Shown piece by piece: positions 9,323 through 19,934 of a DNA stretch of 64,000 bases. The stretch spans positions 2,310-66,309 of the forward strand of contig JAPLID010000065.1 of NCBI GenBank assembly GCA_026389285.1, given 5' to 3'. Position 1 is the first letter of the stretch, and the number at the start of each line of letters is the position of its first letter. The translations under genes and the position numbers were made by a program. This DNA is from Cyanobacteriota bacterium. Its GTDB lineage: Bacteria; Cyanobacteriota; Cyanobacteriia; PCC-6307; Cyanobiaceae. Under the pieces are notes generated by a model that worked only from the letters and a program-made list of their open reading frames with translations, was not told the DNA's origin and did not search any database.

Positions 9323-11176
9323 TCACATCCGCTCCAGCGTCGCAATCCCCAGCAGCCCCAGCCCCAGCTTGAGCGTGTCGGCGGTGAGGCGGCACAGGGC
9401 CAGGCGTGAGCGGCGGGCGGCGGGTTCGGCCTTGAGCACCGGCACCTGGTCGTAGAAGCGGTTGAACACCTGGCTGAGCTCGAACAGGTAGCTGCAGAGC
9501 CGGTTGGGCAGTAGCTCCTGCTCCACCTCGGCGATCACCGTGTCCAGCTTCAGCAGCTCCCGCACCAGCGCCCACTCCTGGGGTTCGCTGAACTGCAAGG
9601 CCTCGGGGGAGCCCGCCTGCGGCTCGGCAACGGCTGCTTGAGCGCCAGCCAGATCACCACCCCCCAGATCGCCACCCTTGCGGGCGATGCCGGCGATGCG
9701 CACGACGGCGTACAACAAATAAGGGGCCGTGTTGCCCTGCAGGGCCAACATGCGGTCAAAGCTGAACTGATAGTTGGTGATCCGATTGGTGCTGAGATCG
9801 GCGTACTTGACCGCCGCCAACCCCACGATGGTGGCCACCTGCCGCACAAACTCCTCGTCCTCCTGACGCTCTTCTTCCGCCAGCCGCCGGCGCAGGTCGG
9901 CCTCGCAGCGCTCGACCGCCTCATCCAGCAGATCCTTGAGCCGCACCGTGTCGCCGGAGCGGGTCTTGAGCTTCTTGCCGTCGTCGCCCTGCACTAATCC
10001 GAAGGGCACATGCTCCAGCCGGGCGCCGCCTGGGATCCAGCCGGCGCGGCGGGCCACCTGGAACACACCGGCGAAGTGGTTGGCCTGGCCGGCATCGGTC
10101 ACGTAGATCAGCCAGCGGGCGCCATCGCCTGCGGGGGGCGCCGCAAAGCGATAGCGGATCGCCGCCAGATCGGTGGTGGCGTAGTTGAAGCCGCCGTCGC
10201 TCTTCTGCACGATCAACGGCAACGGCTTGCCGTCCTTGCCCTGCATGCCCTCGAGGAACACACATTTGGCCCCCGCATCCACCACCAGCAAGCCGGCGGC
10301 ATCAAGATCGGCGACGACCGCTTCGAGATAGGGGTTGTAAAACGATTCGCCCCGTTCATTCAGGCGGATGTCGAGGCGTTCATACAGCTGCTGAAACTCG
10401 CGCCGCGACTGATCACACAGCAGCCCCCAGGCCTTGAGTGACACTGGATCGCCGGCCTGCAGCCGCACCACCTCCTGGCGGGCGGTGGTCTGGAAGTCCT
10501 CATCGGCATCAAAGCGCTGCTTGGCCTGGCGGTAGAAGGCCACCAGATCGCCCAGATCCACCGCATCGGCGGTGTCGAGCGCCGCCGGGGCCACCTGCTT
10601 GAGATGGGTGATTAGCATGCCGAACTGGGTGCCCCAATCGCCGACATGGTTGAGCCGCAGCACCGGCTGGCCGCGGAACTCCAGCACCCGCGCCATGGCG
10701 TCGCCGATGATCGTCGAGCGCAGATGGCCGACGTGCATCTCCTTGGCGATGTTGGGGCTGGAGAAGTCAACAATCACCGGCGCCGCCCCAGCTCCGCCAG
10801 CGACGGCCAGGGGTACCCCCAGCCGGGGATCGCCGAGCCGCCGTTGCACCTCCGCCGCCAGCACCTCGGGCCGCAGTGTCAGGTTCAGAAACCCCGGCCC
10901 GGCGATCTGGGGCGGCAGGCAGAGAGCGCCAAAGGCGGTATCGGCCTCCAGCTCCGCCAGCAACGCAGCAGCGATCTGGCGGGGAGCCTGCTGGAGGGGC
11001 TTGGCCAGGGCCAGGGCGCCATTGGCCTGAAAGTCGCCGAACTCGGGCTTACTCGCCGGCGCCAGCTGGGGATCGAGGGGCCGGCCGGCGGCGCTGGCCT
11101 CGGCGGCGGCCTCGGGGAAGGCCCGCTCCATCGCCGCGCGCAGCTGGGTGTCGAGGGCCTGGGCGAAGCGGAGCAT
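9323..11176 (-). CDS. argS: Arginine--tRNA ligase
   Basis: [35 protein letters not shown] and [10 protein letters not shown] motifs; ends LERM. Confidence 0.97.
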   Translation of the reverse strand: MLRFAQALDTQLRAAMERAFPEAAAEASAAGRPLDPQLAPASKPEFGDFQANGALALAKPLQQAPRQIAAALLAELEADTAFGALCLPPQIAGPGFLNLTLRPEVLAAEVQRRLGDPRLGVPLAVAGGAGAAPVIVDFSSPNIAKEMHVGHLRSTIIGDAMARVLEFRGQPVLRLNHVGDWGTQFGMLITHLKQVAPAALDTADAVDLGDLVAFYRQAKQRFDADEDFQTTARQEVVRLQAGDPVSLKAWGLLCDQSRREFQQLYERLDIRLNERGESFYNPYLEAVVADLDAAGLLVVDAGAKCVFLEGMQGKDGKPLPLIVQKSDGGFNYATTDLAAIRYRFAAPPAGDGARWLIYVTDAGQANHFAGVFQVARRAGWIPGGARLEHVPFGLVQGDDGKKLKTRSGDTVRLKDLLDEAVERCEADLRRRLAEEERQEDEEFVRQVATIVGLAAVKYADLSTNRITNYQFSFDRMLALQGNTAPYLLYAVVRIAGIARKGGDLGGGDLAGAQAAVAEPQAGSPEALQFSEPQEWALVRELLKLDTVIAEVEQELLPNRLCSYLFELSQVFNRFYDQVPVLKAEPAARRSRLALCRLTADTLKLGLGLLGIATLERM

Positions 11177-11287
11177 GGGCGGTGTGCAGAACCGGGCGAG
11201 ATCCCGCAAGGGCGGGACTGACATCGATCATCCCTCTTGGAGATCAGGTCGGATCGGTGGCGTATCCAGACCCGGATCCCGCCTGCC

Positions 11288-12439
11288 TCAGGCCGCCGCC
11301 AACCCCAGCTGCTGCTCCATGCCGGCCAGCACCACGTCGGCCACCAGCTGGATGCGATAGCGACAGTGCTGGGTAACGCTGCAATCGAAGGTGCCGTGCT
11401 CCCAGTATTTGTTGCTGCCGGCGCCGCCACCGCAGAGGCCGAAGTAGTCGCAGCTGCTGCGGCAGCGCTCCACCCCGGAGCTGATCTCCGCCAGCACCCG
11501 CTGAAACTTGGCGGTGTCGGCCAGCTCAGCCAGGCTGTGCTCCAGCACATTGCCGAAGGCGAAATCGCCGTACTCCGGCGTCTGCACCGACAGCAACTCA
11601 GGATCAAACGTGGAGACATTGCCGCGGGCGTCGACATTGACGATCGCGAACGGGGCGTTCATGTCCGTGTTCTGCATGCGCTCGTCGCTGCAGGCCAGGC
11701 TGGTGATGCCATCAAATTCCCGCAGCCGCAGCAGGCCGGGCTGCTGCGCCATGCGCTGCCAGAAGCGCTCCAGAAACACCTTGTAACGCCGCTCGCCATC
11801 GGGACGATCGAGGGTGGAGCGGGCGTTCTCCCCCTCGGTTTCCTCCATGTTGAAGCCGACGCAATTGATGCCGTGGCCGCTGAAGAAATCAAACAGCGTA
11901 TCGGCGTGATCGAGGGCATCGGCGGTGAGCACGCAGATCACCTGGAACGAAATGCCGCGGCGGTTCAGCCACTCGATGCCCCGCATGCTGGCGGCGTGGC
12001 TGCCCAGGCCGGTGCGGGTGCGGCGATGGGCGTCGTGCAGGAAAGCCGGCCCATCCATCGACACGCCGATATGGATGTCATTGCGGATGAAGCAATCACA
12101 CCAGGCCCCATCGATCACGGTGGCGTTGGTCTGCAGTGACTGGACGATCGTCTCGGGGGGAAGCCCGTGCCGCGCCAGCACCTGGCGGATGCAGGCCGTG
12201 GCGGCGTCATAGAAGGCGATCGGCACCGTCAGCGGCTCACCGGCATGCCAGAGCAGGGTGAAATCGCCGTCGAAATAGGGACTCTCCAGCACCCGCTCCA
12301 GGGCCGCCTCCAGAATCTCCAGCGACAGGCGGCTGCGATCATCCCGGTTGGGCAGATAGCAGTAGTCGCAGTCGAGGTTGCAGAAGGGGGTCGGTTGCAC
12401 CACCAGCAACCGCACGGGCCCGAAGGGCATGGAGGCCAC
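11288..12439 (-). CDS. grrM: GRRM-system radical SAM/SPASM peptide maturase (cyclophane-forming)
   Basis: QPTPFCNLDCDYCY, WHAGEP and SPASM CRSSCDYFGLCGGG motifs; directly follows a Gly-rich precursor. Confidence 0.92.
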   Translation of the reverse strand: MASMPFGPVRLLVVQPTPFCNLDCDYCYLPNRDDRSRLSLEILEAALERVLESPYFDGDFTLLWHAGEPLTVPIAFYDAATACIRQVLARHGLPPETIVQSLQTNATVIDGAWCDCFIRNDIHIGVSMDGPAFLHDAHRRTRTGLGSHAASMRGIEWLNRRGISFQVICVLTADALDHADTLFDFFSGHGINCVGFNMEETEGENARSTLDRPDGERRYKVFLERFWQRMAQQPGLLRLREFDGITSLACSDERMQNTDMNAPFAIVNVDARGNVSTFDPELLSVQTPEYGDFAFGNVLEHSLAELADTAKFQRVLAEISSGVERCRSSCDYFGLCGGGAGSNKYWEHGTFDCSVTQHCRYRIQLVADVVLAGMEQQLGLAAA

Positions 12440-12444
12440 AGGCG

Positions 12445-12855
12445 TTACCAGGTGCGGAAGGAGCCGTTGCGGAAGCCACCGTTGGCGAAGCCGCCATTGC
12501 GGAAGCCACCGTTGCCGAAGCCACCGTTGCGGAAGCCACCATTGCCGAAGCCGCCGTTGGCGAAGCCACCGTTGCGGAAGCCTCCCCCATTGACCCAGCC
12601 CACGCCGCCGGGAGTGACGAACACGGCGGCCTGGGCATCGCTGCCGAGCCGCTCGGCTGCGGATGGATCCACCTCCTGCTCACGCACGGCCTCGGCAATC
12701 CGGCGCAGCCGGGCTTCGACGCTGCCGGCGGGGGGCTCGGCGCTCGGGGCATCGGCGCGAATCATGCCGGTGGCCAGGGCCACGCCGGGATCCATCGGCA
12801 GGGACGCCACGATCAGCAGGATGCCGAACAGGCGGGAACGGGAAAGAAACGCCAT
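12445..12855 (-). CDS. grrA: GrrA/OscA-type Gly-rich RiPP precursor
   Basis: Hydrophobic N-terminus, SVEARLRRIAEAVRE leader, core WVNGGG(FxNGG)7 FRNGS FRTW. Confidence 0.92.
   Translation of the reverse strand: MAFLSRSRLFGILLIVASLPMDPGVALATGMIRADAPSAEPPAGSVEARLRRIAEAVREQEVDPSAAERLGSDAQAAVFVTPGGVGWVNGGGFRNGGFANGGFGNGGFRNGGFGNGGFRNGGFANGGFRNGSFRTW
12448..12597 (-). repeat. 15-bp coding tandem repeat (FxNGG) of the GrrA core
   Basis: Plus strand repeats gccaccgttgcggaa / gccgccattgcggaa about eight times. Confidence 0.95.
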
Positions 12856-12925
12856 GGGAGCAGGGCTGGAGCGGTGAGAGGAGGACGGAAGCGGACGAAA
12901 GCGAACGGAGCGCCCAAAGGAGAGA

Positions 12926-13867
12926 TCAGGTTCCCGGTTTTGGGGCGCCAGCGGGAGCTGCGGCAGGCGGCAGGGGGCGCAGGGCCTCGACCCCGAGGAG
13001 CACCGTTTCGAAATAGGTGCGGATCAGATCGGCTGGCAGGTTGATGCTGCTGCCCGGTCCGATCCAGGCATCGATCGCGGCCACCGATGCGGGGGTGCCA
13101 TCGAGGTAGCCCTGCAGCAGGCGGGCGATGGCGAGGTTAACCAGATTGCGGAAAGCGGAGTCGTTCTCGGGCAGCAGGCAGGCAACCGCGAAGCGCTCGT
13201 ATGGCTCCTGCGGCGTCAGGGCGAAGGCAGGACCAGCCTGAGCGCGCACCAAGCTGGCCAGCAACAGGGTGTCACCGATCACCCCCTGCACCGATCCAGC
13301 CCTGAGCGCCGCCACCGCCGCTGCCAGGCTGGGGAAGGGCACGGCGATCGCCTGGGGCTGCACGCCTTGGAGCTCGGTCGCGGCCAGGGAGTCGGCCACC
13401 ACGCCGATGCGGCGGCCGCTCAATGAGGCGGGCGAGCCGTCCAGGCTGCCGGCGGGCGCCAGCAGCCGCAATCCCGACAGGCCGATCGGCAGGGAAAAGT
13501 CGAGCTGCTGATCCCACTCCCAGGTGAAGGGCACGCCGCAGGCCAGATCCGCCTTGCCGCTGGCGATGCTCTGGCCCAGGGCCGCCCCATCCTTGACAGG
13601 CACGAAACGCAGGGTCACCGGACGGCCGACGGCCGTGCTCAGCTCCGCACTGATCTGGCGGGCCACCGCCACGCCGTAGCCCTGCGGTTGTCCCTTGGCA
13701 TCGAGGCTGAGCAGGGGCGGAACCTCGGGGATCCCGACCAGGACGAGTTCACCACTGCGGGCCACCCGATCGACCACGCCTTCGGCGCGGGCTTGGGCCA
13801 TTGGCGCCAAGGCCGCCAGCAGGCTGAGGGTGGCCGGAAGCAGACGGGAAAGGGGGTATCGCGGCAC
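12926..13867 (-). CDS. grrP: GrrP orphan extracellular substrate-binding protein
   Basis: Signal peptide; family-3 SBP fold (ADLACG, DFSLP, ENDSAFRNLVN); directly upstream of grrA. Confidence 0.85.
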   Translation of the reverse strand: MPRYPLSRLLPATLSLLAALAPMAQARAEGVVDRVARSGELVLVGIPEVPPLLSLDAKGQPQGYGVAVARQISAELSTAVGRPVTLRFVPVKDGAALGQSIASGKADLACGVPFTWEWDQQLDFSLPIGLSGLRLLAPAGSLDGSPASLSGRRIGVVADSLAATELQGVQPQAIAVPFPSLAAAVAALRAGSVQGVIGDTLLLASLVRAQAGPAFALTPQEPYERFAVACLLPENDSAFRNLVNLAIARLLQGYLDGTPASVAAIDAWIGPGSSINLPADLIRTYFETVLLGVEALRPLPPAAAPAGAPKPGT

Positions 13868-13952
13868 GGAAAACAGCTCGCGGCAGTGAAAGACGCACTC
13901 TGACGACCCCGGGGCTGGCTGTCATGCCTTCGGGGGCAGCCGGAGCGATTCT

Positions 13953-14819
13953 TCACAGAACCTTCATGAAGCGCATGCTGATGTCCAGCCAGGGGCTGCG
14001 GGTGACCGGCGCACTGGTCGAGATCAGATCGACACCGCTGCCGGCACAGGCGGCCAGCTGGCTGGGCTCCACCCCTGAGGCCTCCAGCAGCACCGGCTGG
14101 CCCCGCTGCTCCGCCAGGGCGCGCAGAGCCGGCACCAGCGCCGCCAACACCTCGGGCTCGAAGCCATCGAGCAACACCGCATCAGCCCCGGCCACCAGGG
14201 CCGCCCGGGCTTCCGCCTCGGTTTCCGCCTCGACGATCAGCCGCGCCGGCCAGGGGGCGTTGGCCCGCACCGCCGCCACGGCCGCCGCCAGCCCACCCCC
14301 CCAGGCCAGGTGGTTTTCCTTGAGCATCGCCGCATCGTCGAGCCCGAAGCGATGGTTGAGGCCACCGCCGCAGCGCACGGCGTACTTTTCCAAGACCCGC
14401 AGGCCCGGGGTGGTCTTGCGGGTGTCGGCCAGGCGCACGCCGCTGCCCGCCAGGGCCGCCACCAGCTGGGCGGTGGCGGTGGCGATCCCCGAGAGCCGCA
14501 TCGCCAGATTCAGGGCGGTGCGCTCCGCCGCCACCAGCGCCATGGCGGGGCCTTCCAGCTCCAGCAGCCGCTGGCCGGCGCGCACCGGCTGGCCGTCTTC
14601 CACCAAAAGGGCCACCTGGCAGCGCTCATCGAGCTGAACCAGCAACGGTTCGACCAGCACGCCACCGCAGAACAGACCATCGCGGCGGGCGAACCACCCG
14701 GCCCGGCCCCAGCGATCAACCAGGGCGGGGGCGGTGAGATCACCCCGCCCCAGGTCCTCCTCCAGCCAGCCGGCGAGCTGCCGCAGCAGCGCAGGGGTGA
14801 GGGCAAGCACGGGGGCCAT
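13953..14819 (-). CDS. nadC: Nicotinate-nucleotide pyrophosphorylase
   Basis: EDLGRGDLT, ERTALN, DTRKTTPGLR, NHRFGLDD and LKENH motifs. Confidence 0.95.
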   Translation of the reverse strand: MAPVLALTPALLRQLAGWLEEDLGRGDLTAPALVDRWGRAGWFARRDGLFCGGVLVEPLLVQLDERCQVALLVEDGQPVRAGQRLLELEGPAMALVAAERTALNLAMRLSGIATATAQLVAALAGSGVRLADTRKTTPGLRVLEKYAVRCGGGLNHRFGLDDAAMLKENHLAWGGGLAAAVAAVRANAPWPARLIVEAETEAEARAALVAGADAVLLDGFEPEVLAALVPALRALAEQRGQPVLLEASGVEPSQLAACAGSGVDLISTSAPVTRSPWLDISMRFMKVL

Positions 14820-15295
14820 GGGGCGCAATCGCAGACGGCACGCCCCATCCAACCAGCGACAGCGACCGGCTCCTTGCAGCATCAAGCCAAACCGGGTCCT
14901 TCACAGCGACCAGTCGTCGGGCTTTCCAATGCGGCAGAGAGAACCGGCCAGCGAGCCCGCCCTTGCCAAAGAAAACCCCAGGCAAGCTGAGGGCTCCGCT
15001 GACCCTGGCTTAAAGTAAGCGAAGAATCTCTGAGCGCTTGGACTGGGATCACCTCGTCTGTCCACAAAGCTGGTCCTGCTTGCAGAACGGCCACCCATCG
15101 GCACGGGGCCGAAAGGTGCCCCTCAGCGATCTGGGCCTGGGCTGCGGCACCGGCGTTTCTGGTCAACCCCAGAGCCCCTGGGTGCCCTGACCGATCACCG
15201 GACCCGATCAGTAAAATGAAACACGGTGGGGCATAGCCTTGGTGCCGCAGAGAAAGACGCATCCCAGATCCTTACTTTTACGCTGCCCGACCAAA

Positions 15296-17353
15296 ATGAC
15301 CAAGCACAGCCTGACAACCAAAACGCTTCTCGCCTTATTAACCCAACCAGGTCGCCATCGACCTCAACGTCAGGATCGTTTTCGCAAGCCGGCGCGATTC
15401 AACTCTGATGGATTCGCGTTGCCGGCGGCGATGTTCCTGGTCCTCGCGATCATCGTTGCCAGTTTGATCATGACGACGCGAAGCCTGGGCATCTCGACCC
15501 GCAGCATCGCCACCAGCGACTCCATGGCAGCGAAGGATGCTGCGGAATTCGGACATACCAAACTGATCAGCCAACTCAATCAAGACGATAAAGCCTATCT
15601 GCTGGTCACCAATTTTATCAACTGGAACAGCGTAAGCCAGAGCGACCTCAGCAGCTGCAAGATCTACGCATCGACACCACCCAGCACCACAACCGACGCA
15701 ATAGCTGGCGTAAGCATTAACACCAAAAAAACAAAAATAGAACCCGTAGGCGATAGCACAACTCAGTCCTATTCCTTAACCAATTTCACCGCTCCTGGCT
15801 TTGCCACCGGCAATGCTGCCAGCAACAACCCCAGCATCTGCAGCAACAGCACCGCAAGCGCTGCCAAATTCGAAAACCTCCTCGGTGGCTCAGCCATGCT
15901 GACCGTCACCGGCACGGTTACCCGCAACGGCAAAGTGGCCGCCACCTATAAGCTAAATCGCTCAGTACACGTTAAGTCCCCCAATCAAGCCATCGCCAAT
16001 CCCATCGCCCTGATTGGAGTTGGGACTGATTTGAAATACCTGAACGGGAGAATCTGCCAGGCGTCAACGCCCCCAGCCAGCGTTACCACATCCAACCCAT
16101 GCGCAGGCCTGCAAACAACCATCGTCGCCTGCAGCGACGTAGAAGGCTGCCTCTTCAAGCATGTGCCAGACAGCGGACGTAACAAATACTGCAAGAACCC
16201 TCCTTACAATACTTACAAAGCAGGGAGAAGATACAAAAAAAACATTCCTTGCAACACATTTCAGCAACTGGCGGGGATGCCAGAATTTCCAGCATTGGGC
16301 TATGGGACGATTCCATTGACCATTCCAGGGCAAACCTCTGCTGGCCAACCGATCTACCAAGATCAACGCCCTAAGAGCTACGAATCAGCCCTCGGCTCTA
16401 GTCAAAGAACAGTCAGCATAGAACTGAACTGTGGAAACTCCATCACCTCCTGCAATGTTTATCGCTATGCTTATACATCTTCCAAAGCGCCAACGACGCT
16501 TTCCACTAAGGACGGCAGCACTAATTTTCAAGATTTTTCCAATTTCCCATATAAAACTTCCTTGAGTGACACAGATTTTGACAAGATTACCGACAAAGCC
16601 GGCCTAGCCAAGCTGGGGGCAAGTGGCACTGCAACCATTCTCAACGACGGCTGCCACGCCGACACGGGCTCAATCCAGACAGCAACCACCATCAATTGTG
16701 TCTTTGGCGATTTTACAGACTCAACACCTAATAGGGCCTCATTCAGCACAAAGCAAGCAGATCTGAAAGTCTGGCATACAGACATCATTCCGGTCAATCT
16801 TTGGATCATTGGAAACAACTATGGCAGCAAAAACGACCAACCTGCGCTAGATCTCGACAACGTCACCAGCCTGGAAAGTTTTTTTGGCATCACCCAAGGC
16901 GGGATCTACAACGCCGACGAGACTTCTGACGGATGGCGCAATCTCAAAATATTCGGCTACAACAGTTCCAGCAATATTTACCTAGCCGACGACATTCCCG
17001 ATGGGAACAACGACTGCAAAAAACAGACTGCGAAGCTAGGTAAATCAGGCAGGGTCAGAAAAACTAGATCTCTTGATACAGAAGGTATTATTGATGGAGC
17101 CTTTATGTGGTTTCCCAATGCAAACTTTCAAATCAATAATCTGAATGCACGAACTACTCCCTATTTTGTCTTGTGGGCCTGCCAAATAACTGGCCCTAAA
17201 TCTTTGAGCCGTGCCAGCGCCATCTTCACGCCCCTATCCCAGCTCGGTGTCAATGCTGGCATCTCCGGACTCTTCAACATCAATGGCGGCGCCATCGGGC
17301 GGACTTCCTATCGCGCCTACGGTTCTAAAGGCACCACGACAGAAGACAACTGA
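15296..17353 (+). CDS. Large PilX/GspK-like minor pilin or adhesin
   Basis: Basic leader then G|FALPAAMFLVLAII (no Glu5); long Thr/Ser/Asn/Cys-rich body. Confidence 0.7.
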   Translation: MTKHSLTTKTLLALLTQPGRHRPQRQDRFRKPARFNSDGFALPAAMFLVLAIIVASLIMTTRSLGISTRSIATSDSMAAKDAAEFGHTKLISQLNQDDKAYLLVTNFINWNSVSQSDLSSCKIYASTPPSTTTDAIAGVSINTKKTKIEPVGDSTTQSYSLTNFTAPGFATGNAASNNPSICSNSTASAAKFENLLGGSAMLTVTGTVTRNGKVAATYKLNRSVHVKSPNQAIANPIALIGVGTDLKYLNGRICQASTPPASVTTSNPCAGLQTTIVACSDVEGCLFKHVPDSGRNKYCKNPPYNTYKAGRRYKKNIPCNTFQQLAGMPEFPALGYGTIPLTIPGQTSAGQPIYQDQRPKSYESALGSSQRTVSIELNCGNSITSCNVYRYAYTSSKAPTTLSTKDGSTNFQDFSNFPYKTSLSDTDFDKITDKAGLAKLGASGTATILNDGCHADTGSIQTATTINCVFGDFTDSTPNRASFSTKQADLKVWHTDIIPVNLWIIGNNYGSKNDQPALDLDNVTSLESFFGITQGGIYNADETSDGWRNLKIFGYNSSSNIYLADDIPDGNNDCKKQTAKLGKSGRVRKTRSLDTEGIIDGAFMWFPNANFQINNLNARTTPYFVLWACQITGPKSLSRASAIFTPLSQLGVNAGISGLFNINGGAIGRTSYRAYGSKGTTTEDN

Positions 17354-17356
17354 ACC

Positions 17357-18127
17357 ATGGGACCGATCCTGCCCAACCTTCGGAAGCTGCCCTTGCGCCC
17401 ATCGCAATGTTCATCGCGGGCGAGGGCTTCAGCGAGCTGGCTTTGGTGCCTGCGATCGCCAGCAGCCGTTGGCAAGCAGGCCCATCGCCGCGATCGGGGC
17501 TTTTCGATCCTGGAGGTTCTGCTGGCCGCCTTGATCGTGACCAGTGCTCTGGGCATTCTCGCCAGCCAGCTCACCTCCCAGGTCAAGACCCCGCGCAAGG
17601 CGGCGGCTCAGGCAGCCATCGCAGCCGCCGCCGCCACGGACCTGAGCTGGATCCATCGCTATGCCCAGATCTGGCTGGCGGAATCCGGCCCCTTCAACAT
17701 TTCAGAAAGCAGCTCCACTAACACCATCACCGGAGCCAGCAGTTTCACTCAGTCCAGCCAGCTCTCCTACGAGGCAGACCAACCCGACAAAATCAAAGAT
17801 CCCACGGGCAGCCTCAATCTCATTTCCTGCGTTAGTGACTCTTTTACATCGGCCTTCCTGAAGGCTGCTGAAAGTGTCAGACTATCACCAAGCCTTCTGC
17901 CCAACAACAGCAATGTTATCGCGGACTCGACTCCCGTATCTGCCGCAGAAAAACAGATCACCTTGCCGAGTGACGCAGGCACAAGCACGCTGTGGCGAAA
18001 AATCAGCTTCACCGGTCTGTCAGATTACATCACGATCTCCTATTCCCTGAAAGTCGATCCCTATGGACTGGGTTTCAAGCGAACTGCGGCTGTGTTGCTC
18101 GATGCGGCAGCCTGGTGCTCATCATGA
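17357..18127 (+). CDS. PilV-like minor pilin
   Basis: RDRG|FSILEVLLAALIV prepilin cleavage/methylation motif. Confidence 0.8.
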   Translation: MGPILPNLRKLPLRPSQCSSRARASASWLWCLRSPAAVGKQAHRRDRGFSILEVLLAALIVTSALGILASQLTSQVKTPRKAAAQAAIAAAAATDLSWIHRYAQIWLAESGPFNISESSSTNTITGASSFTQSSQLSYEADQPDKIKDPTGSLNLISCVSDSFTSAFLKAAESVRLSPSLLPNNSNVIADSTPVSAAEKQITLPSDAGTSTLWRKISFTGLSDYITISYSLKVDPYGLGFKRTAAVLLDAAAWCSS

Positions 18128-18648
18128 TGCGGCATCAACCTTGCCGTAGGGGTGGGTTCACCTTGGTGGAGTTGATGTCAGCTGTCGCCATTCTTTCCAT
18201 TCTGGCAGCGATCAGTTGGCAGGCCATGCAGGCCCCACTTCAGGAACAGCGCCTTCGCCAGACGGCCGTGGAGCTTGAGGATCTCCTCAACACAGCACGA
18301 ACAACCGCCGTCAAAACTTCGTCCACCTGCACGATCAGCCAACTAACAGTATCCAGCATTACTAGCAACTGCGTTACTTCCAGACCACTGGCCCTCAATC
18401 TTTCCTTGATTGGTCCAGCCAATCTTAGAATCAACGATCCCACCACCAACCCCAACCTCCCCTTCACCAAAACCTTCATCTTCACCAAATACGGAACCCT
18501 GGATGGGGCCACTTCTATCACCGCTGTTCTGGGGGTATCAAGTGGCACATCCTGGCAGTGGTGCGTTGATGTGAGCGCTCCCGCAGCGATCGTCCGCGTG
18601 GGTACACGAGCGAACGCCACATCCACCTGCAACTACTTAAGGAAATAA
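18124..18648 (+). CDS. FimU/GspH-like minor pilin
   Basis: RRGG|FTLVELMSAVAIL motif; ATGA overlap with the previous gene; C-terminal Cys pair. Confidence 0.85.
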   Translation: MMRHQPCRRGGFTLVELMSAVAILSILAAISWQAMQAPLQEQRLRQTAVELEDLLNTARTTAVKTSSTCTISQLTVSSITSNCVTSRPLALNLSLIGPANLRINDPTTNPNLPFTKTFIFTKYGTLDGATSITAVLGVSSGTSWQWCVDVSAPAAIVRVGTRANATSTCNYLRK

Positions 18649-18652
18649 ACCC

Positions 18653-19603
18653 ATGCCAGCTCGACTCCGGTCCCATCCGCAAAATGGCTTCAACCTGGTC
18701 GAGCTGCTGATCACCCTGGCGGTACTTTCGGTCGTGCTGGCCAGCTTCACCCGGATCATGGGTACAGAAGCCAAACTATCCACTCAGACAGGTCGTAATC
18801 TTGCGATCCAGGATTCGCTCAGCCAGGCCTCTGATCTCATGCGCAGGGAGATCGCCATGGCCAGTCGTGTCAGCACAAACGCCAGCGACCTCACACTCCC
18901 GAGCAACAGCACCTGCAAAACCCTCCCCGCGCCCAAACTAGTTCTGATCGGTCCCAACAATGCCTGGCAGATTTCCTATGGCCTTAATCTCAAGACTGAT
19001 TCACCCTCAGATTTAGTCAACGATTGGTTCGGCCCGGGGCGGCTGATCCGTTGCGGCCCCCCTTATAGCGCCAGCGGCGGCCCAACAGGCAAAGGCGGCC
19101 TGAATACCGGTACCGGTGGCACCATCGCCAAAACAGTGGTGCTTGATCGCCTCATCGACAACAGCACCGCCTTCAGCGTCAGCACCGGTACTGGCCGCGG
19201 GGTCAATCAATCAACCAGCATCACCTTGAAACTACAGAATGATCAGGGCACTCAGATTTCCTCCAGCTTCCAGACCAGCATCACCGCTAATTCTATCTAC
19301 GACACGCCAAACTATCCCGGGGTCTCCTGCCCTCCTACCGACAGCTACAAATGCAATGACGGCACGGATGAGCGCGACAACTACGTCATACCCTCCTCAC
19401 TGACCACCGCTCTCACCATCACAGGCGACCAATCGAAAGAAGTGGCCGTCTACCTCCCATCGGTGTATTCACCCTCCGCCTTCAGCGGCACATGCACCAC
19501 AACAACTTGCACGATTGGCAAGTTCACCCTGAAGGACGTCTCCCTACTCATCTTCACGGATAAAGAGATCAGGCCTACCCTAAAGAAATCAGGCTTCCCC
19601 TAA
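18653..19603 (+). CDS. PilW-like minor pilin
   Basis: QNG|FNLVELLITLAVL motif; LIRCGPPY. Confidence 0.8.
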   Translation: MPARLRSHPQNGFNLVELLITLAVLSVVLASFTRIMGTEAKLSTQTGRNLAIQDSLSQASDLMRREIAMASRVSTNASDLTLPSNSTCKTLPAPKLVLIGPNNAWQISYGLNLKTDSPSDLVNDWFGPGRLIRCGPPYSASGGPTGKGGLNTGTGGTIAKTVVLDRLIDNSTAFSVSTGTGRGVNQSTSITLKLQNDQGTQISSSFQTSITANSIYDTPNYPGVSCPPTDSYKCNDGTDERDNYVIPSSLTTALTITGDQSKEVAVYLPSVYSPSAFSGTCTTTTCTIGKFTLKDVSLLIFTDKEIRPTLKKSGFP

Positions 19604-19861
19604 GTTGACACACTCAACTATCTGCTGAATTTGCCGGCATAGTTCAACCGCCCATACCCAGGATTCGCTTTGCTGTGGCCTCCAATTGGCGGCCACCTTG
19701 AGACATGAGCCAACCTGCTGCTGCAAGTCAGGGAGAAGCCTGGCCTTGCAATCCTTCCTAAGCCGTGACCCCGTGATATCTCGGCCAGCTCAGATGTTTC
19801 GTTTGTTTCGAGCTTCTCTTGTCGATCCCGAATCGGCAATCGAAGCCCCGGCCAGATCCCG

Positions 19862-19933
19862 GTCTCCGGCCTCTGTCTCCGACCTCTGTCTCCGGCCTCT
19901 GGCCCCGGCCTCTGGCCCCGGCCTCTGGCCCCG
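19862..19933. repeat. 13-bp tandem repeat, about 5.5 copies
   Basis: GTCTCCG(G/A)CCTCT x3, GGCCCCGGCCTCT x2 and a partial unit, abutting the mnmE stop. Confidence 0.9.
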
Positions 19934-19934
19934 C

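Noticed and set aside
12448-12597. Repeat array that could be taken for CRISPR
   Set aside because: Contiguous 15-bp coding units with no spacers and no cas genes.
19862-19933. Repeat as CRISPR or IS end
   Set aside because: 13-bp head-to-tail units with no spacers, inverted repeat or transposase.
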